Positions 9,269 through 18,709 of a DNA stretch of 64,000 bases are shown piece after piece; the stretch's first letter is position 1; every line of letters starts with the position of its first letter. Below the pieces are notes generated by a model. The model was not told the DNA's origin. It worked only from the letters and a program-made list of their open reading frames with translations, and ran no database searches. A program made the translations under genes and the position numbers. Location: IMG/VR virus record IMGVR_UViG_3300044797_000098, positions 248,001 to 312,000 of that record; one strand, given 5' to 3'.

Positions 9269-9661
9269 TTAGAAAATTAATCCTGTTTTTAGCATAAGAA
9301 ACTTCATTTCGGCCTCTTTCGACAATTCTAAATTAATTTCGGAGCCCACGGTTATTCCCGATGATTTGCAGGTGCCATACGGCATTTCTATTACTAAATC
9401 ACAAGGATCATCATTTCCAATCATAGCAGTGGAACCCGCTTCTCCTCGCCATATTGAGGATATTTTATTTTTAAGGCAAAATATTACATCCAGATCTGCT
9501 TTAACTGATTTCATCCAAAATCTTCTAATTTGTGGTATCCGCGAAGGAAAACACATATTTGGCAACGGTGGCTCACGATACATAAGTCCTCGTTGTTGTT
9601 CATCCGATGATATTGCAAGTAAAACTGGAAACTTTTTATCTGATATTTTTATATAATCCAT
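9269..9661 (-). CDS. DUF192 family protein
   Basis: EQQRGLMYR...FWMKSV...LDVIF...VIEMPYG. Confidence 0.8.
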   Translation of the reverse strand: MDYIKISDKKFPVLLAISSDEQQRGLMYREPPLPNMCFPSRIPQIRRFWMKSVKADLDVIFCLKNKISSIWRGEAGSTAMIGNDDPCDLVIEMPYGTCKSSGITVGSEINLELSKEAEMKFLMLKTGLIF

Positions 9662-11049
9662 TACATCATACCTTGTAATAAATCACGACGCACACGACGC
9701 CTCAATGCAACATTAAGATCTTTATCGCTCTCGTGATGTTCCCCTGAAAATCTTTCTTTGTATAGGACACTCAAAATTGAAACCAATTTCCCGATTTCAA
9801 TAATTTTGTTTTCAATTTCTCCCAATAATTTACTAACCTCTTCAACCGAAAGATCCTTTTCCAAAACATCCATCAATCTTTTGATCGTCTTTTTTGTCGC
9901 TGTTGTTAAATCTGCTGCCTGCAATCTTGGCGCAGCAGTTTTGTCATATGATTTTGCTTTTACTAATTGCTTGCGTAAAAACCTCGTCAATGCATTATGA
10001 GAAACTTTTATCATATTATCATTAAAAATATCTGCTTTTTTATTTTTTAATGAAAACATTAAGTTATTATATTCTTCCCTTATTTGTTTTAACCATAAAT
10101 CTTTTGCGTGTGGATCTTTTTCATTTTGATATTCATTTATCATATGAACAATTTCTTGTAGATTTTTTGGTTCAACTTGTTTTTTATTATTCAATATATT
10201 TATATTATGTTTTAATTGATTTATATAGATACCGTTAGGATCGCTTTCATCCTCATCTTCTTCATCGAGATTTATTACTTGGGGTTTTGTTGGTTTTTGT
10301 TCTGGTGCAGCAGGCTTTGCTTCTTCTACGGGAGGTTTTACGCCTTCTTTTTTGGCTTTATCTGCCAATGTTTTAGCAACATTCTCGAATAATTTTCTTA
10401 ATGCAATATAAGTGTTTTTCATATTCTGAAACTTATTCATCGTATCGGGAATAGTTTTTTCACCTGTTCTTAATACACTATTCTCAAAATCTAACATATC
10501 ATAAAACAATTTTGCCGAAAGACTAAGCATTCCTAATCTATGACGATTATATTCTTTTCGTGAAAAAACGGAAGTAAGGTATTGCCAAAATCTCGTTAGT
10601 TTATTTGATGCAAGTTTTTCAATTTCTGCATTAAATGAACCAATTCGTGCCAGCGGATTTTCTGCTGGCGCTTCTGGTGTCGCAGGTGCTTCTGCTGTTG
10701 GAGCAGGGGCTTGCACATTTGGCTGCTGCGGGGCTTTTGGCTTCTTTGGCTGTCGTTTCCTACGAGTGGCTGAATAATTCTGTTGTGCTGCGATTATTTG
10801 TTCTGCATCTGAAACTATTTTAGAAAAATCTGCTGTTAATTGAGATAGCGCAGAGGAAACTGACTCGGGCAACGGATTTTGAATTTTTGATGGCTCAATT
10901 CCAATTTTTGCCGAACCTCTACCGTTCAGCCCTTTTTTGTATTCTATTAATTTAGATATTAGCGCAGAAACGGAAGCGCTCCATTGCTTTTTTTGATTAC
11001 GGAGGGCAAGTTGGCGCGGATCTTTTTGTCTATTACCTTGCTGTGGCAT
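9661..11049 (-). CDS. hypothetical 462-aa helical protein with internal repeat (possible virion protein)
   Basis: KLASNKLTRF and KVSHNALTRF repeats; Pro/Ala linkers; preceded by AAT-N6-GCAT. Confidence 0.7.
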   Translation of the reverse strand: MPQQGNRQKDPRQLALRNQKKQWSASVSALISKLIEYKKGLNGRGSAKIGIEPSKIQNPLPESVSSALSQLTADFSKIVSDAEQIIAAQQNYSATRRKRQPKKPKAPQQPNVQAPAPTAEAPATPEAPAENPLARIGSFNAEIEKLASNKLTRFWQYLTSVFSRKEYNRHRLGMLSLSAKLFYDMLDFENSVLRTGEKTIPDTMNKFQNMKNTYIALRKLFENVAKTLADKAKKEGVKPPVEEAKPAAPEQKPTKPQVINLDEEDEDESDPNGIYINQLKHNINILNNKKQVEPKNLQEIVHMINEYQNEKDPHAKDLWLKQIREEYNNLMFSLKNKKADIFNDNMIKVSHNALTRFLRKQLVKAKSYDKTAAPRLQAADLTTATKKTIKRLMDVLEKDLSVEEVSKLLGEIENKIIEIGKLVSILSVLYKERFSGEHHESDKDLNVALRRRVRRDLLQGMM

Positions 11050-11058
11050 ATCCTAAAT

Positions 11059-11072
11059 ATGCAGGATTATTA
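11059..11072 (-). promoter_or_regulatory. candidate late promoter motif (TAAT-aatcct-GCAT)
   Basis: 9 nt before the ATG; the 13-mer TATGCAGGATTAT recurs exactly at 63915-63927. Confidence 0.55.
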
Positions 11073-11089
11073 GCCACCTATTTTATTAT

Positions 11090-11626
11090 CTACACTAACA
11101 TTAAATACCGAAAGATTTTCTCCTTATCGTAAATATATTTATTATCAAGGGCTTCAATATGAATATTATTTATCCAGTATTCTGTTCTACCATCTGGATA
11201 TTCGATCGCAGGACCGTTCATACGATGAACCTTACCATTAATCCACCACTCTTTCACACCAATGCCATGTATGATTGCGGGTCCATTTTCATTATGATTT
11301 CTACCATTCAATACCAGATGATTCGTCTCAGTAGTTAAATTTGTTCTAAAATATATTTCACGAATTACTTTATTATTAGCATAATAGAATATTCTGTCGT
11401 AATAAAAATAAATAAAATTACTAGAATTATATTTTGGGTGATCTACGTAAGATCCTATTTTTTTATTATTTGCACATATTTTATGTGTTTTGTTATACTT
11501 CTTAAGGCGCATAAAATAACGATTTTTATTGCTCCAATACTGGCTTTTATTTTGATCTGAAAGATTCCATATTTTATTTATAAAATATGTTTTTTTTGAT
11601 GATATTTTAATTTTTCTAATTATCAT
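11090..11626 (-). CDS. HxxxGPA(I/V)EY-repeat protein, C-terminal tag (RYLMLV*)
   Basis: HNENGPAII...WWINGKVHRMNGPAIEYPDG...EYWIN. Confidence 0.75.
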   Translation of the reverse strand: MIIRKIKISSKKTYFINKIWNLSDQNKSQYWSNKNRYFMRLKKYNKTHKICANNKKIGSYVDHPKYNSSNFIYFYYDRIFYYANNKVIREIYFRTNLTTETNHLVLNGRNHNENGPAIIHGIGVKEWWINGKVHRMNGPAIEYPDGRTEYWINNIHIEALDNKYIYDKEKIFRYLMLV

Positions 11627-11977
11627 CTAACCACCGTGCCTTCTTTTCAGCATTTCTAAATGCTCCGCACAAGATATACAAGTAATGAACGCTGGATTAA
11701 TCATCAACCGTTTTTCATCAATATCTTCATTGCATTCTTGGCATTCACCGAATGTATTTTCTTCGATGCGTTTCAATGTAGCATCTATTTTAGCAAGATT
11801 GTCTTTGTCTCTGCTTGCAAGACGAGCATCTGCTAATGCTATCATTTTGGCTTGTATATGATCTATCTCATCGCCAAAACTATCAATTTCTGAATTATGC
11901 CTTTTACACTTTTCCAGTATTTCGGTTTTTTGAGCAATCAATTTTTGCTTCATCTGTTTAATAAAACTCTTTTTCAT
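11627..11977 (-). CDS. dksA: DksA/TraR C4 zinc-finger transcription factor
   Basis: Coiled coil with DEID; FGECQECNEDIDEKRLMINPAFITCISC. Confidence 0.88.
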   Translation of the reverse strand: MKKSFIKQMKQKLIAQKTEILEKCKRHNSEIDSFGDEIDHIQAKMIALADARLASRDKDNLAKIDATLKRIEENTFGECQECNEDIDEKRLMINPAFITCISCAEHLEMLKRRHGG

Positions 11978-12399
11978 TTTCCTATAATATCCTTTATTTG
12001 TAATATATTTATTCTTGGTTTTGGTGTTTTTATATTATCAACTCTCTTGTTGAATAATACATATGCCCTATCCGGATCTTCTTGCAATGGAATGTATGTT
12101 ATATTCCATCCATCATATGTTCCGTGATTAGTATCGAATGTATTTAATTTTATATTATATTTATATCTTGATATCTTTGGCGGTGGTTTTAGTTTAGGCT
12201 CTTTTTTAATTTGCTTAATTTCTTTTGGTCGTTGTTTTTTATAGAATGATCCTAAAATAATTTCAGGAACAATTCCAATTTGTTGTTGGAAAATAGTGGA
12301 TGCTATTTGCTCTGTTTCCGCTTCTATTGGAAAAGACATTAATTTACCGTCTTTTATTACACTACATATAAAATATATTGGTCTTTGTTTTCTACGCAT
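11974..12399 (-). CDS. hypothetical protein
   Basis: Coupled ORF. Confidence 0.6.
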   Translation of the reverse strand: MRRKQRPIYFICSVIKDGKLMSFPIEAETEQIASTIFQQQIGIVPEIILGSFYKKQRPKEIKQIKKEPKLKPPPKISRYKYNIKLNTFDTNHGTYDGWNITYIPLQEDPDRAYVLFNKRVDNIKTPKPRINILQIKDIIGK

Positions 12400-12694
12400 C
12401 TAATATATGTTTTTTTAGTTTCTGACTTAATTTTATTCTTAACGCCCTAACTGCTTTTCCCATCATCATTTTTCTCGAAACAATGCTCCATACCATCTTT
12501 GGTTTTAATTGATTTAATTGGAATGTGGCAAAATTATCAATTTTTATTTTATTGCCAGTTTTTAGTTCATTTATTAATTCATCAACGAATATATTGATTA
12601 CCGATATAATATGATATTTATGAATGTGTTTTCCTTTTAGTTTATTGATCACTAACTGGAATAATTGACGCTTTGTATAATGATTTGGTTTCAT
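12392..12694 (-). CDS. HU/IHF-like DNA-binding protein (divergent)
   Basis: VINIFVDELINELKTGNKIKIDNFATFQL...IKLSQKLKKHI. Confidence 0.65.
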   Translation of the reverse strand: MKPNHYTKRQLFQLVINKLKGKHIHKYHIISVINIFVDELINELKTGNKIKIDNFATFQLNQLKPKMVWSIVSRKMMMGKAVRALRIKLSQKLKKHILDA

Positions 12695-12897
12695 CGTAAT
12701 AACATATATTTTTCTACATCTTCAACGGATATATTATACCGTTTCATTAAATAAATGGAAGTCTCAGCACAAAAAGATTTTAAACTTCTTTTACTACTAA
12801 TTTCTTTAAGATACCACCTGTAATCATCAATAATGTATTTGATAACACGACTTCGACTATTGCCTATATAGGCATCAATAATATCATTATTATTCAT
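12691..12897 (-). CDS. hypothetical protein, C-terminal tag (EKYMLLR*)
   Basis: Tag; coupled. Confidence 0.7.
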   Translation of the reverse strand: MNNNDIIDAYIGNSRSRVIKYIIDDYRWYLKEISSKRSLKSFCAETSIYLMKRYNISVEDVEKYMLLR

Positions 12898-13163
12898 AGT
12901 AATAACATCGTTTCTTCTGTCAATAAGACATATCCAATATCGCCAAGTCTTTTATCCATAGCAGTCATTGCTTCTTTGCCTGTTTTAAACTCTCTAAGCG
13001 AACTGTCTTCCCACCCCGTATATACCTCCCAATAATCATTTCTTTTGGCAATATAATACCATCCTACATTACTACCGGATGGATCATAATATCGTCTTCT
13101 AAGCATATAATAACCGTATTTTTCCCAAGGTAAAAGATATTTACAATATAATTTATCTTTCAT
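12894..13163 (-). CDS. YLxPW/GYILLT family protein
   Basis: YLLPWEK...DKRLGDIGYVLLTEETMLLL. Confidence 0.75.
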   Translation of the reverse strand: MKDKLYCKYLLPWEKYGYYMLRRRYYDPSGSNVGWYYIAKRNDYWEVYTGWEDSSLREFKTGKEAMTAMDKRLGDIGYVLLTEETMLLL

Positions 13164-13405
13164 AACAATAACATCGTTTCTTCCGTTAACAATATGTATC
13201 CTAATTTACGAAGACAATCATCATACGCATTCATTGCTTCTTCGGCAGTTTCATACGGAATACTTTCACAAGTATCAGCGTTCCAAGCCCACCATTGATT
13301 TGCGGAATGCACCACAAAATATACACCACCGTTATGAACGCGTCGTTTATATGAATGTCGATCATTTATTACTAATTTTTCCCAAGGATACAAGTATGCT
13401 CTCAT
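13160..13405 (-). CDS. YLxPW/GYILLT family protein
   Basis: YLYPWEK...LRKLGYILLTEETMLLL. Confidence 0.75.
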   Translation of the reverse strand: MRAYLYPWEKLVINDRHSYKRRVHNGGVYFVVHSANQWWAWNADTCESIPYETAEEAMNAYDDCLRKLGYILLTEETMLLL

Positions 13406-13641
13406 AGCAACACCAATAATTTTTCTAATTGTTCTTTTGTTAGATTTGGAAACAACTCTTCTGGCTGAATATCAGTGAAAAATACCGCCGAAAAATCACC
13501 ATATCCAATACCAGTGCCCGTATTACGATCAATATACATTTTAATATAATCCTTTTTAGATATTATTCCTTCATCAATAAATAAACGATAGTATTCAAGT
13601 ATATCTTTTCTATCTGTAAGATTACTACAATGATGACACAC
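13402..13641 (-). CDS. CxxC protein, C-terminal tag (EKLLVLL*)
   Basis: CHHC start; tag. Confidence 0.7.
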   Translation of the reverse strand: MCHHCSNLTDRKDILEYYRLFIDEGIISKKDYIKMYIDRNTGTGIGYGDFSAVFFTDIQPEELFPNLTKEQLEKLLVLL

Positions 13642-14147
13642 TATACGCCCTCAACATAATTAAGAAAACTTATCAAAACACTATACATATCTTTATAGTC
13701 GTTCATTCTTTCCCAAGCAGCAAAAATCTCACTTAAATTTTCAATTCCCATTAACACACGCGCTTGTGCGCTCGTGCCTATTTCTATCCATTTATTTTCG
13801 ATATGAAACGTCATAGTTCCATAATCGTCGTCTTCCAACGAAAGACGCATTGCGATCGATGGAAAGTTATCCATCTGCATTATTATTGCATACTCGGGGA
13901 TTTCATCAATAATATCTGCGATCATCACTTTAATCATATTCCCGTCAATTTTTGTCGTCGCAGCAAAAACCTGATTTTCTCGTTTCGTCCCATCTTCGAT
14001 CTCAAAAGAAAGTTTTTTATCCAAAAGAAACTTTTCTTCGATCAGCGGTTCGATCAGCGTCGATGCTGAAAAATTAGTTTTGTCCCTAAATACACCCATC
14101 ACATTGAATATGTTTAGAATGATTTCTTTTTTTAATTTGACATTCAT
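13641..14147 (-). CDS. hypothetical protein
   Basis: 168-aa coupled ORF. Confidence 0.65.
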   Translation of the reverse strand: MNVKLKKEIILNIFNVMGVFRDKTNFSASTLIEPLIEEKFLLDKKLSFEIEDGTKRENQVFAATTKIDGNMIKVMIADIIDEIPEYAIIMQMDNFPSIAMRLSLEDDDYGTMTFHIENKWIEIGTSAQARVLMGIENLSEIFAAWERMNDYKDMYSVLISFLNYVEGV

Positions 14148-14407
14148 ATTATTTTACCTAATTTACTACTATTTTTGATTAAAGTATTTAGGTCTAAATT
14201 AATTTTAGGCAACGAAGAAAATATCTCTTCAATTCTAACCTCGTAAGGAAAACCTGAGCCTTGCTCTCTTCGAGACGCAAGTTCAGTCATCGACAAAATC
14301 GCTTCTTCACGAAGGACACCGAGGTAGCGCGAAGATACAATGATCTCACATAGTTTTTCATTGGAAAATTGTTTTATGTTTTCTTGTATATTATTTTCTT
14401 CTTCCAT
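14144..14407 (-). CDS. hypothetical protein
   Basis: Coupled ORF with SD-like GGAAAG. Confidence 0.65.
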   Translation of the reverse strand: MEEENNIQENIKQFSNEKLCEIIVSSRYLGVLREEAILSMTELASRREQGSGFPYEVRIEEIFSSLPKINLDLNTLIKNSSKLGKII

Positions 14408-14415
14408 AACTTTCC

Positions 14416-14613
14416 TTACATTAGTAAAAGGTATTTTTTTGCTATTTCTATAAGTTTATCAATCGTCATACATTCATATTTTTTTGTAATTATTTTTCCG
14501 TCTTTAAAAGTAAACTCAATACAACTATAACCTTTATTTATCTCTGCCCAAAATCTACAATTATCGCCAATATATCCCTGATACCATTTATCGGTAGTCC
14601 ATTTCCTAATCAT
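14416..14613 (-). CDS. hypothetical protein, C-terminal tag (KKYLLLM*)
   Basis: Tag. Confidence 0.7.
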   Translation of the reverse strand: MIRKWTTDKWYQGYIGDNCRFWAEINKGYSCIEFTFKDGKIITKKYECMTIDKLIEIAKKYLLLM

Positions 14614-14882
14614 CTCATATCCCTCGGTGTCTGAACTCTAATTTTTACTGACGGAAAAACTTTTCCATTTCTTCTTTCAATAATATAAAATATAACATGT
14701 GCATGATCGAATAAATCATTGATCGAGACAATTTTTCCTAAAACTAACAATTCTCTAATAACTTCCAATAATGCTTTAATAATTAAAATTACTTCTGTTT
14801 TAGTTATTGTAGGGTATCTGTCATGAACACGATCAATGATCGGAAGTATGTGTTTAAGGGAAACTGGTAGATCTTCGAGCAT
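14610..14882 (-). CDS. HU/IHF-like protein (divergent)
   Basis: ITKTEVILIIKALLEVIRELLVLGKIVSINDLF. Confidence 0.55.
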   Translation of the reverse strand: MLEDLPVSLKHILPIIDRVHDRYPTITKTEVILIIKALLEVIRELLVLGKIVSINDLFDHAHVIFYIIERRNGKVFPSVKIRVQTPRDMR

Positions 14883-14915
14883 TTAGATCTAACCTATATC
14901 ACTAAAAAATCGTCT

Positions 14916-14998
14916 TTAACTTAACGTTAACTTAACGGTTAATTAAGATCTGTTAACCCTTTCCCCCTAACTCATTCTTCGTTTGTCCCCCTTTCCCC
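14916..14998. repeat. TTAAC/GTTAAC tandem palindromic array plus two CCCTTTCCCC copies
   Basis: ttaac ttaacg ttaac ttaacgg ttaattaa gatctg ttaac in a divergent intergenic region. Confidence 0.6.
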
Positions 14999-15012
14999 AA
15001 CCATTTAGATGA

Positions 15013-15041
15013 ATGGTAGTGTTTTCGTTATTATATGTCAA
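15013..15041 (-). promoter_or_regulatory. sigma70-type promoter TTGACA-N17-TACCAT
   Basis: Near-consensus, faces the long leftward operon. Confidence 0.65.
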
Positions 15042-15128
15042 GTCCCAGCATAATGTAAATAAGTTAAATAGTTTTTTGTAAAAACATTTTATTTTACCAT
15101 ACTGGCAATAAAATACATATGGGATATA

Positions 15129-15905
15129 ATGACATATATTCAAGGTATATTTATGCGAACAATCGAAGAATTAGCGAATATGTATGTTGCTTATTTACGG
15201 GCAATATACTTAACTCACCAAAACTCACATTGGATTACAAAAGGTCAAGCGTTTTATGGGGATCATTTGCTATTCGAGAGAATATACAAGAGTTCGTCTG
15301 ACAATGCTGATAGCGCAGCGGAACGAATGATAGGGCTGTTTGGTAGCGACGCCCTCGACCCCCAACTTCAATTACAATTTATCCACAAGATTTTAGAAAA
15401 ATCGAATGGGGACGACCCTATGGAAACCTCCATGAAAATTGAGAAACAATTTTTAAATTTTAGTCAGTCGTTTTATGACACGGTCAAAAAGGAAGGCAAG
15501 TTATCATTGGGGTTAGACGATCTCGTAATGAGCATCGCAAGCGATCGAGAAACTGCTGTATATCTTTTGGGACAAGCGACAAAACAATCTGGAAGCAAGT
15601 TTGCTGCCCGTAAAACCGTCCTGAATAGAATTGCTGCTCAATCTTTCGATCCTAACCTACTTCAATCAAAACTTATGAATAGATTGATGGCCGTCGTTCC
15701 AAGTTATGTTCAAGGAAAATCCGATATTAACGTATCTGTCGATATGCAAAACAAAAAAATATGGGCTACAATAAAACTTCCAACAATAACATCACAAGAA
15801 AATCAAGACAAAATTGAGAAAAACTTTCAACAATTTGCTTATAGCATTCTTCCCGACAATATGAAAAACTTCATTGTTGGTGTTGGTTTTGTAATGAATA
15901 AATAA
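15129..15905 (+). CDS. Dps/ferritin-like protein with C-terminal extension
   Basis: HQNSHWITKGQAFYGDHLLFERIY...DSAAER matches the Dps signature. Confidence 0.82.
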   Translation: MTYIQGIFMRTIEELANMYVAYLRAIYLTHQNSHWITKGQAFYGDHLLFERIYKSSSDNADSAAERMIGLFGSDALDPQLQLQFIHKILEKSNGDDPMETSMKIEKQFLNFSQSFYDTVKKEGKLSLGLDDLVMSIASDRETAVYLLGQATKQSGSKFAARKTVLNRIAAQSFDPNLLQSKLMNRLMAVVPSYVQGKSDINVSVDMQNKKIWATIKLPTITSQENQDKIEKNFQQFAYSILPDNMKNFIVGVGFVMNK

Positions 15906-16127
15906 TTATTTCTTTGCCGGTGTGTATTTCACCGCAATTGCTGCTCCATACATATCAGGAACGAGACATACCATAAGTTTTTTTTTGTATGGGTAGCAAC
16001 AAGTGTTAGCGCGACAAGAAAACTGCCCATTGTCGCTTCTATACGAGCCTACACGCGTGTCATCATAGATTTTGAATGTTCCACCGCAATTACATAGAAA
16101 ACATAACAATAGGAAGCAATACCTCAC
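15906..16127 (-). CDS. small Cys-rich putative lipoprotein
   Basis: Hydrophobic N-terminus LLLCFLCNC. Confidence 0.5.
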   Translation of the reverse strand: MRYCFLLLCFLCNCGGTFKIYDDTRVGSYRSDNGQFSCRANTCCYPYKKKLMVCLVPDMYGAAIAVKYTPAKK

Positions 16128-16139
16128 ATATCTATATCA

Positions 16140-16841
16140 TTATATTATTTTAGCAATTCTTTCCTGATATTTCATCGCAGCAGCATATGGATCATTAGCA
16201 TTCTTTATGGGACGACCAATAACAATATAATCTGCTCCATTTAAAAACGCTTCTTCTACATCTACCGTTCGTTTTTGATCATCAATTAGTTTATTTTCTA
16301 CTGGTCGAATACCCGGAACAACAACCAAAAACTTATTCCCAAGATTTTCTCGTAATTTATTTGCTTCTAATCCCGAAGATATAACGCCATCACAACCAAT
16401 TTCCAGCGCTCTTTTTGAGCGCGATAGAGCTAAATCTTCTATATTACATTGAAAACCAAGCGAATTAATATCGGATTGATCAAGGCTTGTCAATGCTGAC
16501 ACTGCCAAAATCTTTATATTACCTTTTTCTTTTACTGCATAGCGCAAGATTTCATCGTTTCCGTGTATTGTAGCAAAATCTACATTATGTTTTGCCAGCG
16601 CTCTTACTGCCAATCCGACTGTTTGAGGAACATCAAAAAACTTAAGATCCGCGAATACCTTTTTACCCATATATTGTAATTGTTCAATTACATCAAAATA
16701 ATTTGATGACATAAATAATTGGAGGCCTAATTTATAGAAAGAAACCGCATCACCTAATTTTGATACAAGCGATTTGGCTTCCTTTGCTCCATCAACATCT
16801 AACGCAACAATTAGACGATCTTTGATCGGAATAGATTTCAT
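16140..16841 (-). CDS. pyrF: orotidine-5'-phosphate decarboxylase
   Basis: LIVALD, FADLKFFDVPQTV, PGIRP, GADYIVIGRPI. Confidence 0.96.
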   Translation of the reverse strand: MKSIPIKDRLIVALDVDGAKEAKSLVSKLGDAVSFYKLGLQLFMSSNYFDVIEQLQYMGKKVFADLKFFDVPQTVGLAVRALAKHNVDFATIHGNDEILRYAVKEKGNIKILAVSALTSLDQSDINSLGFQCNIEDLALSRSKRALEIGCDGVISSGLEANKLRENLGNKFLVVVPGIRPVENKLIDDQKRTVDVEEAFLNGADYIVIGRPIKNANDPYAAAMKYQERIAKII

Positions 16842-17140
16842 AGATTATCGATATGTTTTTTCAATGCTTCATATATGTTTATATTCTCACGAGCAGTTAT
16901 TGTTGTAAGCATGAATAATAATTCACCAATTTGGTCTGTTAGTATTGGTTTTTTCAATCCTGATTTATTAAGGATTTCTAATGCCTCTGGATCTACGCTG
17001 TCTTTAATATCTGAACATAGATTTTGGATTTCATATACTATATATGCCGAATCATCATTCTTATTTACTTGTAGCGAGCGTCTCTCTGCTTCGTTCCATA
17101 AATCATCAAAACTTTTTATTTTGTCTGTCATATTTTTCAA
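16838..17140 (-). CDS. MazG-like helical protein (degenerate)
   Basis: DQIGELLF...ENINIYEAL resembles EELGDLLF...IDLEEAL. Confidence 0.5.
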   Translation of the reverse strand: MKNMTDKIKSFDDLWNEAERRSLQVNKNDDSAYIVYEIQNLCSDIKDSVDPEALEILNKSGLKKPILTDQIGELLFMLTTITARENINIYEALKKHIDNL

Positions 17141-17336
17141 GCCTTATCTTATTCTTCGGGGGTTGCGCGTTGCATACTTGCATTTCTTCGCACCCCTCTT
17201 CTGATACAAAGATTAGAAACGCTACACCGTTTTCACAATCTATTTTTATTGGTGCTTTCAGTTTTCCAACAAAATATTTTCTTCCTTGGTCATCTGTTCT
17301 TGGTTCCAATTCAATACTTAATCGATCATTAGCCAT
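17106..17336 (-). CDS. hypothetical protein
   Basis: Coupled ORF (RTDDQGRKYFVGKL). Confidence 0.65.
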   Translation of the reverse strand: MANDRLSIELEPRTDDQGRKYFVGKLKAPIKIDCENGVAFLIFVSEEGCEEMQVCNAQPPKNKIRLEKYDRQNKKF

Positions 17337-18204
17337 TTATTTCCTTAACATAATTTTTAATACATTCACGCACAAGCGTATCCGTATCACCGAATTTAAA
17401 TCCTTCATTCATTATCTTATTCATATCCAATATACAATTTGATCTTGGTGCAATAACCATCTTATCTAATGTTTCTTTGTTTATTCTTTGGTATGTGTGG
17501 TTAGGCACATATTTTCGATATTCTTCCAATAAATCCGAATGTTTAAGTGGTAATGGACTTGCTACATTATATATGCCATATAATTCCTTGTTTATCACAA
17601 AATCTATCGCATTCACTAAATCGGAAACGAATGTCATCGAATTAGGCTCATCCAAAACCTGTTTGTATTTGATCAATTTATTCAATAAGTTTCTTGGATG
17701 TTTTTTGGATGATATTGGCATACGAAGACGAAGAATTGTCGTATTCTTCATATCTTTTAGATTATTATCACACTCATACTTGGTTTGACTATAATACGAT
17801 TTAGGTGATGTTATATCTGTTTCTTTCCATCCTGTGTCAATACGAACCTTGTATGGTATGGCATCATCCCATAATAGACAATGCATCTCATCTCTGCCGT
17901 GAGGGGATTGTCCATACATGACGCATCCACTTCCGAGGTGAATGAAACGAATACCTAATTTTTCACATTCGTGCGCGAACATTGTGGGAATAACAACATT
18001 AGCAGTATGTGTTTCTTCTTTGTGGGTCTCACAAAAGTCAATGTTTGGGCTTCCTGTGCGACCAATACAATTTACTATAATATCTGGCTTATACCAAGTC
18101 AATAATTCTTTTATTTGCTTTTCATTTGGTGAGACCCGATCTAATATAGGATTATATGGTAAATGGCTTGCAATGAAACCATTTCCTAATGTATATATTT
18201 TCAT
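17329..18204 (-). CDS. NDP-4-keto-6-deoxyglucose 3,5-epimerase/4-reductase (NRS/ER-type rhamnose synthase)
   Basis: GxGxxA, GRTGSPNIDFCETHK, YSQTK, LRLRMPIS, PNSMT. Confidence 0.82.
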   Translation of the reverse strand: MKIYTLGNGFIASHLPYNPILDRVSPNEKQIKELLTWYKPDIIVNCIGRTGSPNIDFCETHKEETHTANVVIPTMFAHECEKLGIRFIHLGSGCVMYGQSPHGRDEMHCLLWDDAIPYKVRIDTGWKETDITSPKSYYSQTKYECDNNLKDMKNTTILRLRMPISSKKHPRNLLNKLIKYKQVLDEPNSMTFVSDLVNAIDFVINKELYGIYNVASPLPLKHSDLLEEYRKYVPNHTYQRINKETLDKMVIAPRSNCILDMNKIMNEGFKFGDTDTLVRECIKNYVKEING

Positions 18205-18443
18205 ATCAAAATACTCATCTTCTCTACTTGTTCTTGTGTCAATAATATATATTCGTTATCAATTAGATACTTATCAGCATATTTTTTTGCTCGCTCAATA
18301 GAATTAAATCTTTCTATTTCAGACGACAGATTACCTAACCATATAACATAGTGATATTCGTATGAGGCGATCATAACACACACATGTCCAGTTTTTACAT
18401 AATGCCGTCTGTTATCTTCATTCCAAGGCGTTAAGTAAATCAT
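18201..18443 (-). CDS. YLxPW/GYILLT family protein, C-terminal tag
   Basis: YLTPW...DKYLIDNEYILLTQEQVEKMSILI. Confidence 0.75.
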   Translation of the reverse strand: MIYLTPWNEDNRRHYVKTGHVCVMIASYEYHYVIWLGNLSSEIERFNSIERAKKYADKYLIDNEYILLTQEQVEKMSILI

Positions 18444-18709
18444 ATCAATAATTCCAATTTTTCATACTCTTTATCATCCAAAAAACAATACCCGGCGTCG
18501 GTAAGCGTGTTCTCTACGAATTGTCTTGCTTCCATACGCGTTCCATAACTAAATGGCCCATTACAAAATCTAATCATTCCAGCCGTTCCATAACGAACTC
18601 TTTCATCTTTTGGGTCATGAATTATATAAATTAATGCTTCCTTTGAACCAAGTAAAAATATACCCTCTTTTGTTTCACTGATTTTTTTCCAAGGTGAAAG
18701 ATATTTCAT
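18440..18709 (-). CDS. YLxPW/GYILLT family protein, C-terminal tag
   Basis: YLSPW...LTDAGYCFLDDKEYEKLELLI. Confidence 0.75.
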   Translation of the reverse strand: MKYLSPWKKISETKEGIFLLGSKEALIYIIHDPKDERVRYGTAGMIRFCNGPFSYGTRMEARQFVENTLTDAGYCFLDDKEYEKLELLI

